A DNA stretch of 64,000 bases. It comes from Roseibacillus sp. (GTDB lineage: Bacteria; Verrucomicrobiota; Verrucomicrobiia; Verrucomicrobiales; Akkermansiaceae). The notes below the pieces were generated by a model. It had not been told where the DNA came from and did no database searches. It worked only from the letters and a program-made list of their open reading frames with translations. The stretch covers positions 1 to 64,000 of the forward strand of contig CBDEUM010000024.1 in the NCBI GenBank assembly GCA_965242925.1, in the 5' to 3' direction. Positions 1 through 9,253 of this stretch are shown here, in pieces (position 1 is the first letter of the stretch; every line of letters starts with the position of its first letter). The position numbers and the translations under genes were made by a program.

Positions 1-1
1 C

Positions 2-402
2 GTGGCGGGTGGCGATGTCTATTACACACCCCTCATCCGCAATCCGAAGGGAGGCGATACCCTTATTCTCTACTTCGGCTTCGATGAGAGACTCTGACCG
101 CGCGGACCGAGCGCCAGTTGGAAATTGTTTCCCTCATGCTGCAGACGGACAAGGAGAAGAAACTCACGCTTAGCGGACATACCGATGCCATCGGTTCCGC
201 AACCTACAACGAAAGCCTCTCCGGTCGTCGCGCCGAAACGGTGCGTCAGTTCCTGGTCGACAGTGGAGTGCCCCCCGGGCAGATACAGACCATCGCCCTT
301 GGCAAGACCCAGCCGCGGCGCCCCAATACCACCGTAGGCGGGGCGGACAATCCGGATGGTCGCCGGGTCAACCGCCGGGCTGAGATTTACCTCGATTTCT
401 GA
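2..402 (+). CDS. OmpA/MotB-family peptidoglycan-binding protein, C-terminal part (5' truncated by window edge; apparent frameshift near 89)
   Basis: ORF 118..402 has OmpA_C motifs (GHTD..GS..YN..LS.RRA..V; NRRAEI). Frame 2 from base 2 reads VYYTPLIRNPKGGDTLILYFGFDE, the 'YF.FD' start of the domain, and joins frame 1 (TLTARTERQL) after a 1-nt slip at ~89-90. Confidence 0.8.
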
Positions 403-409
403 CAGAAAG

Positions 410-1211
410 ATGAGTCGTGGCTTTCGCAGTGAGATCGTGGTGGGGCTGTGCCTCTTCGTGCTCTTCCTGCTGGGCGCGATCTTTTTCAACACCCCGCACA
501 GGAGCGACCCCATTCAATCGCTGCGTTCCTGGCAGGATGCCGACGCGCCGCCCGGTTATCCGGTGGGGGCGGGGCGAGGATTCAGATGGCCGCATCCCTC
601 CCTTTGACGGGCGCTACCTTTTGCATGATGCCTTCACGCGCTTCCTTCTCCCTCCGGTCACTCTTCTTGAGCAGCCCCTCGGTTCCGAGACGGGAGCCTT
701 TACCTACAACGCCCAGCCCTTCTTCGAGATGAACGAGCGGGCGCAAATGAATCATCTGGGCGACGATCTGAACGGAATCGGCGGTGGCAATTCTGATCTC
801 GGAAACCCGGTGTATGCGACGGGCAACGGGCATGTCGTTTTTGCGGGAGACCGGCGAGGCAAGTGGGGCAAGGTGGTCATCCTGGGGCACCGTCTGCCGG
901 ATGGGCGACTGGCCCACAGCCTGTATGGCCATCTCGAAAAGCTTTCCGTGGCCCCGGGCGCGGTGGTTGCGCGTGGACAGCAACTGGGGACGGTGGGCAC
1001 CGGGAACGATGCCTGGCTCGCCCACCTCCACTTCGAAGTATACGAGGGAGCCTGCCTTGAACCGGGGGAAGGTTATTCCCTGCACCGGGGCAATCGCATC
1101 GACCCCGCCGCCCTCGTCGCCGCTCACCGTCCGGCCGCTCCCGAAGAGCTTGCGCCGGCACCGCTGGGAGTCTTTGAAGGGGCGCAGCAGATCTTCAGGC
1201 TGGGGGAGTAA
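410..1211 (+). CDS. M23 family metallopeptidase with N-terminal membrane anchor (apparent frameshift near 562-575)
   Basis: HLGDD (HxxxD), YGHL and HLHFE motifs in ORF 417..1211. ATG at 410 opens a hydrophobic anchor (MSRGFRSEIVVGLCLFVLFLLGAIF) in another frame that ends at 607. The junction is in a G-rich run. Confidence 0.8.
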
Positions 1212-1370
1212 GGCCGGGAGGAGCGCACTGGGCATCGAGCTTCGGGAAATACTGGTTTTCGGACTTGCCTGCCTTGGCGGGAGCGGTCCGGAAGGTGAGC
1301 GAGGAGCGACTCAAGGCAACCGCGCACCGTGGAAGCAGTGATGGAAGGCAGGCCCTCCGCAAGGTTTCCA

Positions 1371-2768
1371 CTATCCCAGCAGTTCCTGCACCACCCGCCC
1401 ATGCACGTCGGTGAGGCGAATGTCGCGGCCGCCGAAGCGGAAGGTGAGCTGTTTGTGATCGATGCCCAGCAGGTGGAGGATGGTGGCGTGAAGATCGTAG
1501 ATTTCGAGCGGGTTTTCCACCGCCTTGTAGCCCCACTGATCGGTCGCCCCGTAGACGATGCCGGGCTTCACTCCGGCACCCGCCATCCAGAGGGAAAAAC
1601 CGAACTCGTTGTGATCCCGCCCATTGCCGCCCTGGGCGAACGGCGTGCGGCCGAATTCGCCGGACCACAGCACCAGGGTATCGTCCAGCATGCCGCGGGA
1701 CTTGAGGTCCCTGAGCAGCCCCGCGATGGGCTTGTCCACCGAGCGGGCATTGTTGCCGTGGTTCTTCCGCAGACCACCATGGGCATCCCAGCGATCCTCT
1801 CCGATATCAGGGATGGTGAGTTCCACGAAGCGCACGCCGCGTTCAATGAGTCGGCGGGCGATAAGACATTCGCGGGCGTAGGTCTTGGTCCCCTTGTAGT
1901 CATCGTCGATCCCGTAGAGCGCCCGGGTGGCCTTGCTCTCGTCGGTGAAGTCCATGAGGTCGGGCACCGCCAGCTGCATGCGGGCGGCCAACTCGTAGTT
2001 CATGATGGCAGATTCCAACTCGGAATTGCCCTGGGTGCTCCGGGCATTGAGGCGACCGATGAGCTGGCGCTTGAGGAGCTGGCTCCGGGCGTTGGGTTCG
2101 TTAGGCTTCACGTTTGCGACCGGCGTGCCGTTGGCATTGAGCAAGCTGCCGCGGTGGGTTGCGGTGAGGAAGCCATTGGAAAAGCAATCCAGTCCGCCGG
2201 AGGGGATCCGCCCGCCGTTGATAACGACAAAGCCGGGCAGGTTCTCGCTTTCCTTGCCCAGCCCGTAGGAGGCCCAGGCGCCCATGCTGGGGCGCCCCTG
2301 TAGCCCGGTGCCACTGTGGAAGAAATAATTGGCGGAGGTGTGCTCCGGGAACTTGGAAGTCATCGAGCGCACGACACAAAGCTCGTCGGCGAGCCCGGCG
2401 ATGTGCGGGAAGAGGTCGCTCACCCGGACGCCGCACTGCCCGCGAGGCTTGAAGGCCCAGGGTGATTTCATGACCTTGCCGATGTTTGCGAACTGGGTCT
2501 TCTCCAGCTTGCCGATCGCCTTGCGAGGATCCTGGCCGTGATGCTTGTCGAGCATCGGCTTGTAGTCGAAGGAGTCGACCTGCGAGACCCCGCCCTCCAT
2601 GAAGAGGAAAATCACGTTGCGTGCCCGGCCGGGGAAGTGGCTGTCGGGAACAAGGGGCGAGGCGGCCCGGGTTTTTCCCATGAGGCCGGCCATGGCGAGG
2701 GCGCCAAAACCCATCGACGAGCGCTGGAGAATTTCGCGGCGGGAGAGAAGCAGGGGGCTCTTCATCAT
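1371..2768 (-). CDS. DUF1501 domain protein (Tat-exported, sulfatase/alkaline-phosphatase-like fold)
   Basis: SRREIL twin-arginine leader; IFLFMEGGVSQVDSFDYKP; WSGEFGRTP; GRDHN; DLHATILHLLGIDH..LT; RLTDVHG. Confidence 0.9.
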   Translation of the reverse strand: MMKSPLLLSRREILQRSSMGFGALAMAGLMGKTRAASPLVPDSHFPGRARNVIFLFMEGGVSQVDSFDYKPMLDKHHGQDPRKAIGKLEKTQFANIGKVMKSPWAFKPRGQCGVRVSDLFPHIAGLADELCVVRSMTSKFPEHTSANYFFHSGTGLQGRPSMGAWASYGLGKESENLPGFVVINGGRIPSGGLDCFSNGFLTATHRGSLLNANGTPVANVKPNEPNARSQLLKRQLIGRLNARSTQGNSELESAIMNYELAARMQLAVPDLMDFTDESKATRALYGIDDDYKGTKTYARECLIARRLIERGVRFVELTIPDIGEDRWDAHGGLRKNHGNNARSVDKPIAGLLRDLKSRGMLDDTLVLWSGEFGRTPFAQGGNGRDHNEFGFSLWMAGAGVKPGIVYGATDQWGYKAVENPLEIYDLHATILHLLGIDHKQLTFRFGGRDIRLTDVHGRVVQELLG

Positions 2769-5503
2769 TGCAGGTAAATGAAGTCGTTCATGGAAAAGAG
2801 GCCGTGGCAAAGGTCCTGCCAGAGCCCGGGGGAGTTAGGATTGCCGCCATGCAGCTCCATGAGCCCGGGGAAGGTATCCATCAGGATGGTCAGCTCATGG
2901 TTCTGGGGCGGGCGGGCAAATGCGTCGTCGAACATACGGGTGAAGCGTTCCTGTGGCGTGGCGGACGGCATCTCCTGCAGGATTCGCTGGGCCCAGATCT
3001 TCGCCTGCTCGTAGATGAGCTTGTCGTTCATGAGAGCCAGAGACTGGGCGGGCACGTTCGTGATGTCGCGCTTCCCCTTGGTGCTGAAGGGCATTGGAAA
3101 GTCGAAGGCCAGCATGAGGGTCGGAAGGAAGTTTCGCCGGACCGAGGTGTAGAGGGAACGGCGGCCCGCTCCATCAAGGGGGCCCCCTCCGGGGCGCCCG
3201 CGGCCCACCACGAACTCGTCGAGATAGGTGGGGATCGGCTGACCGCCCATCTTGCGGTCAAGCCGCCCGGAGACCGCAAGAACAGAGTCACGGATAGCCT
3301 CCGCTTCCAGGCGTCGCACAGGCATCCGGTGCACCAGGATGTTGTCGGGGTCGCCCGTGTCGAATTCCGGATCGGCGCTTTTGCTGGACTGCCCATAGGT
3401 TCGCGTAAGGAGGAGGCGTGCGATGAAGGACTTGGTGGACCATTTATGTGTGTCCACGAACTCGCGAGCCAGGTAATCCAGCAACCCGGGGTGCGAGGGG
3501 CGCTCGCCCAGCCAGCCGAAATTGTCAACGGTCCGCACGAGACCCTGGCCAAAGAGTTGGTGCCAGATCCGGTTCACCATCACCCGGGAGGCGAGGGGGT
3601 TCCCGGGATCGGTGATTTGCCGGGCCAGCTCCAAGCGGCCGGAATTGCGGGCATCAATGGAAGTGAGCCGGAAGGCGGTGGGAAGCCCCCGCATGGCGGG
3701 GTCAAGGAGGCGGGTCGGGCTGCCCCGGGCCATGCTGTATTCGTTCACCCCGTTGCCATCAAGCCAGGCGACCGCCAGTCGCGACTCCCACATCACACCC
3801 TGGCGGATCTCCTCGAGCTCTTTAAGATAGGCGGCCGCGATCTGGGAGGCTTTGAGCTTTGGCTGCGCCACGATCCAGCGGGCGGCGTGAAGATTTTCCT
3901 TCTCAATGCTGCCATCGGCCAGGTCTTTCCAGGCTGCCGAGAGCTCGTGGCGGGTCAGGTTGAGGTGTTTCTGTTCAATGGGAGGAGGGTTGTCGGCTTC
4001 TACCACCATGAGGACTTCGAGCGGGCTCCCGCCCTCGGCCCCGAACTCGATGTGTGTTCGCAGACCGGCATAGCCGGAGAGGTCGTGACTCACCCAGCGC
4101 GGCTGATCGCCATCGATCTTGGGCCTCTGGATCAGCCGTCCATGAAGGGGACCCGTGACCATGATGTGCTGGCTCACCCCGGCATAGACGAAGGCGTGAC
4201 CGCGAATAAGGTAGTGGAGCCGTCCGCTTTTCAGCTCAAAGGCGGGCGTCCGGATCATTTTCCCGGAGCGCGAGTGACTGTTGAAGGAGCCCGAGTCATT
4301 TTCACTGTCGACGATCTTGAGGCCGTTCCAGAAGGGATCGCGGCGCGCGGCTCCGTAGCCTGCGATCCGTAGCCCCGTCTCGTCTCCGCCGGACCCGAGC
4401 AGGAGGCTGCCTTCAGCGGAAACTCCGGGGCCGAAGGAGGGGCCATTCACGATCCAGGGAGTGGATCCGGGACGGGTGAAATCCGCAACCACCCGCACCT
4501 TCGGCCCTTCCTGCACCTTGAGGGTGAGCGGCCCGGGGACGCGGAAGGTGGCCTGCTTGTTCAACTCGGCGAAGTGGGGCGCCGCTTCCCTTGCGAAGTT
4601 CTTGAGCACCTGTGCGCCCATCTTTTCCCGCAAGGTCTCCAGTTTTCTAGCCTGGGCCCTGTTGATCTCCATCGATTCATAGCGCACCTGCCGGTAGCTC
4701 GAACTAGCCACGAATCCGGAGAGCGCGTAGTAGTCCTTCTGATAGATGGCATCAAACATGTGATCGTGGCAACGTGCGCAGGCCACCGTGAGCCCGAGGA
4801 AGGTCTTGCTCAGGACGTCAATTTTGTTGTCGGTGCGGTCGCACTCGTCCTGGCGGATGTCGACCGGTGAGTGCACCTCCTCTCCGAGGAACGGCCACCC
4901 GGTGCCCAGAATGGACTCGTTGGCGCGGGTCTCGGGGTGCAGGCGGGGCGGGTCGAGGAGGTCGCCCGCGAGATGCTCCATGACGAACTGGTTGTAGGGC
5001 ACATCGGCATTGAAGGCGCGCACCAGGTAGTCCCGGTAACGCCAGGCATTTGCGATCCCGTAGTCGCTTTCATGGCCACGGGATTCGGCATAGCGGACAA
5101 GATCCATCCAATGTCTCGCCCATCGCTCGCCGTAATGCGACGAGGCCAGGAGAGCTTGCACCGCGGTCCTGTGCCGGTTCTTATTCCGGTCTGCCAGGAA
5201 GGTGCGCATGGCGGCAGGCGTCGGAGGCAGACCCGTGATGGCGAAGCTGATGCGGCGGAACCAGTGCCGTTCGCTTGCAGGCGCCGCAGGCTTCATGTCG
5301 TTACTCTCCAGCGCGGCGAGGATGAATCTGTCGATCTCATCAGCAGGCCATGCGGTAGCCTCAACGACGGGGGCGGGGGGACTGGTTGGGGTCTCCCAGA
5401 TCCAGGGCAGGCGCTCCTTGTAGTCCTCGAATGCAAATTCAGCCGGGGCTAGGCCCGGCAGGAGGATCGTGATCAGGGTGGAGGACAGGAGAGGAACTCG
5501 CAT
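2765..5503 (-). CDS. DUF1549/DUF1553 (PSCyt2/PSD1) domain protein
   Basis: YGERWARHWMDLVRYAES, CARCHDH heme-type motif, RVMVNRIWHQLFGQGLV, PSHPGLLDYLA, RRLEAEAIRD, PAQSLALMN. 4-nt overlap with the DUF1501 gene. Confidence 0.9.
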   Translation of the reverse strand: MRVPLLSSTLITILLPGLAPAEFAFEDYKERLPWIWETPTSPPAPVVEATAWPADEIDRFILAALESNDMKPAAPASERHWFRRISFAITGLPPTPAAMRTFLADRNKNRHRTAVQALLASSHYGERWARHWMDLVRYAESRGHESDYGIANAWRYRDYLVRAFNADVPYNQFVMEHLAGDLLDPPRLHPETRANESILGTGWPFLGEEVHSPVDIRQDECDRTDNKIDVLSKTFLGLTVACARCHDHMFDAIYQKDYYALSGFVASSSYRQVRYESMEINRAQARKLETLREKMGAQVLKNFAREAAPHFAELNKQATFRVPGPLTLKVQEGPKVRVVADFTRPGSTPWIVNGPSFGPGVSAEGSLLLGSGGDETGLRIAGYGAARRDPFWNGLKIVDSENDSGSFNSHSRSGKMIRTPAFELKSGRLHYLIRGHAFVYAGVSQHIMVTGPLHGRLIQRPKIDGDQPRWVSHDLSGYAGLRTHIEFGAEGGSPLEVLMVVEADNPPPIEQKHLNLTRHELSAAWKDLADGSIEKENLHAARWIVAQPKLKASQIAAAYLKELEEIRQGVMWESRLAVAWLDGNGVNEYSMARGSPTRLLDPAMRGLPTAFRLTSIDARNSGRLELARQITDPGNPLASRVMVNRIWHQLFGQGLVRTVDNFGWLGERPSHPGLLDYLAREFVDTHKWSTKSFIARLLLTRTYGQSSKSADPEFDTGDPDNILVHRMPVRRLEAEAIRDSVLAVSGRLDRKMGGQPIPTYLDEFVVGRGRPGGGPLDGAGRRSLYTSVRRNFLPTLMLAFDFPMPFSTKGKRDITNVPAQSLALMNDKLIYEQAKIWAQRILQEMPSATPQERFTRMFDDAFARPPQNHELTILMDTFPGLMELHGGNPNSPGLWQDLCHGLFSMNDFIYLQ

Positions 5504-5708
5504 GAATTCAACCGTTTGGCAGAGTATCTCCTTTGGGGGTTCGACTTACAACGGGAAGTTTTGATTGGGGCATCGCGTTTTTGGAGGATGAGGGAGGGGC
5601 TCCCGGCAGGACCTGCGAGCGGAGCTCGCGGAAAGGAGGCTGATAACGCTCAGGGACCAGGTTGTGACTTTTGGCGGGAAGGCCGTCTGCACCCTTTGGT
5701 AGGCGGAT

Positions 5709-7088
5709 TCAGATGAATTTTCCGGGGTTGAGAATCCCCTTGGGATCGAGGGCCGCCTTGATGGCGGCGTGGGTGGCCACACTCTCCTTGCCGACGGCAT
5801 CGGCGAACCACCGTTTCTTGGCCAGTCCAATTCCGTGTTCGCCGGTGATGACCCCCCCGTTTCCGAGAATCCAGGTGAAGAGCTGGTCGAGGGCTTTATC
5901 GGCGTGGGCACGCACAGAGGGGTTCTGGTAGTCCTCTACCATCAGGTTGGTATGGATGTTGCCGTCTCCGGCGTGTCCGAAACAGGCGACCGCGATACCG
6001 GTTTGCTCCTGTAGCCCGTGGGCGAATTTGACCAGCTCCACCAGCTTCGAGCGGGGCACCACGATATCCTCGTTCAACTTGGTCAGGCCGGTATGCCGCA
6101 GGGAATACGAAAAGTCACGGCGCAGCTGCCAGATCGACTCGCAGGCCTCGTCGGCGGTGTGGTGCTCCACGGTCAGGGCTCCGAGTTTCTCCAACAGGGG
6201 GGCGAGCTCCTTGCGCTCGTTGTCAACCGCAGCCTGCCTGCCGTCAATCTCCACGATAAGGTGGGCGTTACCTGCGGGCAGGGCGTCGGGCCCGAGGTAT
6301 TTGCGGGCGGCCCGCAGGGTGAACTCATCGGTGATTTCGAGGGCGGAAGGGAGGTGGCCGGAATTCAGGATCCTCTGCACGGCATGCGCAGCCTGAGGGA
6401 ACTCTGAAAAGGTGGCGGTGAGCATGGCACGGGTTTCCGGGTGCGGAATGAGGCGCAGGGTGGCTTCGCTCACCACGCCGAGCATGCCTTCGGATCCCAC
6501 GAAGAGCCCCACGAGGTCGAAGCCAGTCTTGTTCTTGTGACACCTGGACCCGCAGCGAAGGACCGAGCCATCGGCGAGAACCACCTCGAGACCGAGGACA
6601 TAGGGGCGGGTGACCCCGTACTTGAGGCACCGGGGCCCACCTGCATTGGTGGCGATGTTGCCCCCCAGCGAGCATTCCCTCAGGGAAGCAGGATCGGGCG
6701 GGTAGTACCAGCCGACCCCCCGGGCGGCGTCCTGAAGGTCCCCGGTAATCACGCCCGGTTGCACCACGGCCACCCCGTCTTCGGGATTAAGCTCGAGAAT
6801 TCTGTTCATGCGGGAGACGGAGAGCACGATTCCGCCTTGCCCGGGCACGCAGCCGCCCACGTAGCCAACACCCGCCCCCCGGGTCGTCACCGGGATGCCA
6901 CGTTCATTGGCAAACTGCAGGACGCGCACGATGTCCTCGGTAGCCTCCGCGAAAACCACCGCCTCAGGCAAGGCGGAGGCGTGCCACTTATCGGATGCGT
7001 GGCTGGCGAGAACCTCCGTGGCGGAGGACACCTTGGGAGCACCCAGGAGTTGGACAAGTGCGTCGTGCACGGTAGTAATAAGGGCCAT
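5709..7088 (-). CDS. FAD-linked oxidase, GlcD/D-lactate dehydrogenase family
   Basis: PPDPAS, LGGNIATNAGG, KYGVT, GSEGMLGV, GHAGDGNIH, GEHGIG, LNPGK. Confidence 0.88.
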   Translation of the reverse strand: MALITTVHDALVQLLGAPKVSSATEVLASHASDKWHASALPEAVVFAEATEDIVRVLQFANERGIPVTTRGAGVGYVGGCVPGQGGIVLSVSRMNRILELNPEDGVAVVQPGVITGDLQDAARGVGWYYPPDPASLRECSLGGNIATNAGGPRCLKYGVTRPYVLGLEVVLADGSVLRCGSRCHKNKTGFDLVGLFVGSEGMLGVVSEATLRLIPHPETRAMLTATFSEFPQAAHAVQRILNSGHLPSALEITDEFTLRAARKYLGPDALPAGNAHLIVEIDGRQAAVDNERKELAPLLEKLGALTVEHHTADEACESIWQLRRDFSYSLRHTGLTKLNEDIVVPRSKLVELVKFAHGLQEQTGIAVACFGHAGDGNIHTNLMVEDYQNPSVRAHADKALDQLFTWILGNGGVITGEHGIGLAKKRWFADAVGKESVATHAAIKAALDPKGILNPGKFI

Positions 7089-7151
7089 TCTGCGGGCGTG
7101 GGCGACAGATTTTTTCGGCTGTCACTTGACCTTCCTGTATCAGTCGAAAGC

Positions 7152-8402
7152 ATGAGGGTCATGAGCTGGCTGCAAGGCAGGTCCCGGGAATACCTGATCC
7201 GCTGTTGGGAGTGGCGGGAGTTGCTGCTCGCCGTGGCCCTGGGGCTCTGGCTGGCCGGCTTCTGGGTCGCACAGGATGGCTGGTATCACCGGCGGGCTCT
7301 TGCGTGGCTGGTCCCCTTCCTGTTGCTGGGGGCGGACCGCGTGATCAGGACGGCAGGGGCGATCCGCTGGCTCTGGGCGGTGGCACTCCTGCTTGGCTGG
7401 CAGGTCCTGAGCCGAATCTGGGCGGAGCCTCCGCTGGTGGAGGCGGGAGGGGCCGGAGACGCAGTGGCGGTTCTTTTGCTTGGGGCGGCGTTGGCCGCAG
7501 TGGGGCGGCGGAAATCCTTCGGGGTGTGGATCATTGGAGGATTGGCGATTCTGGGGACGGTGGTGGTGGTCTACTCCCTGGGAGCCTTTTATGGGGGCCC
7601 GGCCCATGCCCTTGCCTCGGATCGTTTCCGGAACGTCCTCGTCTACCGCGACCTGTTTGGAGGACTGAATCCGGTCCTGACGGGAATGCTCTGCGCCTCC
7701 GGGGCGGTTGCGGCAGCGTGGTTCACTCTCCGGAACAACGGGCGGAGAGGGCAGATCCCATGGTCTCTGGTGCTCGCGGTGCTGGTCTTCGGGATGATGG
7801 CAAGCCAGAGCCGGGGGCCTGCCCTGGGCTTCGGGGCGGGGGTGGGAATCCTCCTCTTTTTTGAGCGGCGGGCCTGTCTCAGCGCGGGAATCACCATCGT
7901 CGCGGCGGTGGGAGGCTACGTTCTGGCCGTCTTTTGGAGTGGGGTGGCGACGGATGTCATCGAGCGGGGAACCACGGGACGCGTTGCCATTTACCAGTGG
8001 TTCCTGGAGCGCCTTTCGGGCATGGAACTTCTGGCGGGCTGGGGGTTCGGAACGGTCAGCGAAATCCCCGAGGAAGAATTGGGCTGGTTTGTCCACCACC
8101 CGCACAGCTCCTATCTGACCCAGCTTGTTCTTGGTGGTGTGCTCGGGCTTGGACTCCTCCTGGTGGTGCTTGGCTGGAGCTTGCGGGAAGCCTGGCGGGA
8201 GGGGAACCGGGGGCAGTCTCTCTGGATGGCGTTGCTGGCCTGCGGACTGGTATCGCTGCTTTTCGACGGAGCGGAAATGTTCACCCTCCACTCCGCTCCG
8301 CGCTTGGAACTTCTGCTGGTGGTGGTGCCGGCCTGCCTTTTGGCGGGGCAGGCCTTCGAGCAGCAGGGTGGCCCCGGGGGGAGCCCCTCGCGGGAAGAGT
8401 AG
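7152..8402 (+). CDS. O-antigen ligase / Wzy_C family polytopic membrane protein
   Basis: About 11-12 hydrophobic segments; SQSRG, TGR..IY, GWGFG, HPHSSYL motifs. The ORF extension back to 6441 is antisense to the oxidase gene. Confidence 0.75.
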   Translation: MRVMSWLQGRSREYLIRCWEWRELLLAVALGLWLAGFWVAQDGWYHRRALAWLVPFLLLGADRVIRTAGAIRWLWAVALLLGWQVLSRIWAEPPLVEAGGAGDAVAVLLLGAALAAVGRRKSFGVWIIGGLAILGTVVVVYSLGAFYGGPAHALASDRFRNVLVYRDLFGGLNPVLTGMLCASGAVAAAWFTLRNNGRRGQIPWSLVLAVLVFGMMASQSRGPALGFGAGVGILLFFERRACLSAGITIVAAVGGYVLAVFWSGVATDVIERGTTGRVAIYQWFLERLSGMELLAGWGFGTVSEIPEEELGWFVHHPHSSYLTQLVLGGVLGLGLLLVVLGWSLREAWREGNRGQSLWMALLACGLVSLLFDGAEMFTLHSAPRLELLLVVVPACLLAGQAFEQQGGPGGSPSREE

Positions 8403-8525
8403 CTGCAGCAGGTTCCGGAAAGCGGGCAGGCGTCCCCTCTGCCGGGAGGAGCGAACGATGTCCGGGACCGTGGGGTGGCGGGCGCACTGTTTGCTGGTGG
8501 TGGGATCGTGCCGGGAGGGGGGGGA

Positions 8526-9023
8526 TTAGCGCCAGAGAAGGTGCAGGACCCCGGTTTCGCCCACGTCATGCAAAAGGGAGGAGCCGCTCAGCCCGTGGTT
8601 GAGGTAGCGCTCGAGGCCGGCCTGGTAGTCGTCGACGGTTCGGTAGATCTGCTCAATTTCCTCAAGCTCGTCAGTGCGCATCCGGCGCCAGAAGCGGAAG
8701 CGCAGTTTGCTTGAAGTGGCCAGCTCGATGGAACCGGGGATGATTTCGCTGATCCGGTTGAGCGTGCTGGTAACGAGATCCAGGGTGTCGCGTTCGTCCC
8801 AGCCGTGCCGGACGGCAAAGGCGGTGCCCACTTCGAAAAATTCGATGATCTCGGTGTGGGGGGTAGCGATGGGCACGAGGTAGAGGCGCGGGTTCCAGTC
8901 CCCGGGGGCGCATCCGTAGAGCGCGCGCATGTTGTCCTCGGGGGCCTCGGGAGGAGGGTCGCGGAGGTCCGCTTCATCGCCGACCTTCCAATCCGGGCGT
9001 TGGGGATGCGGCTGAAAGGTCAT
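8526..9023 (-). CDS. hypothetical protein
   Basis: 165-aa ORF with protein-like composition that fills the gap between two genes. Confidence 0.65.
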   Translation of the reverse strand: MTFQPHPQRPDWKVGDEADLRDPPPEAPEDNMRALYGCAPGDWNPRLYLVPIATPHTEIIEFFEVGTAFAVRHGWDERDTLDLVTSTLNRISEIIPGSIELATSSKLRFRFWRRMRTDELEEIEQIYRTVDDYQAGLERYLNHGLSGSSLLHDVGETGVLHLLWR

Positions 9024-9089
9024 CCCCAGGACGGTGAGGTCGAGTTGCCGTTTGCGTCAAGGGAAGGGCGAAGCGGGGGACAACGCTAA

Positions 9090-9140
9090 GGATCAATTAA
9101 ATATAAAGATTTTTGTAACAATTTTACCCTTTTGATGGTA
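9090..9140. promoter_or_regulatory. AT-rich segment between divergent genes (probable promoter region)
   Basis: caattaaatataaagatttttgtaacaattttacccttttgat stands out in GC-rich DNA, between the starts of 8526..9023(-) and the secretin (+). Confidence 0.35.
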
Positions 9141-9253
9141 GGATGGCCCAACAAGTCGGACGACCACCGTTCACCCTTATGGTTTCGTCGCAAAAGATCG
9201 GGAATCCCCGTGCCGGGCTCCCCATCGCCATTTCGTCTGAAGTGGGATGGGAG

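Noticed and set aside
6441..7151. N-terminal extension of the 653-aa ORF
   Set aside because: Overlaps the FAD oxidase gene on the opposite strand; the real gene most likely starts at ~7152.
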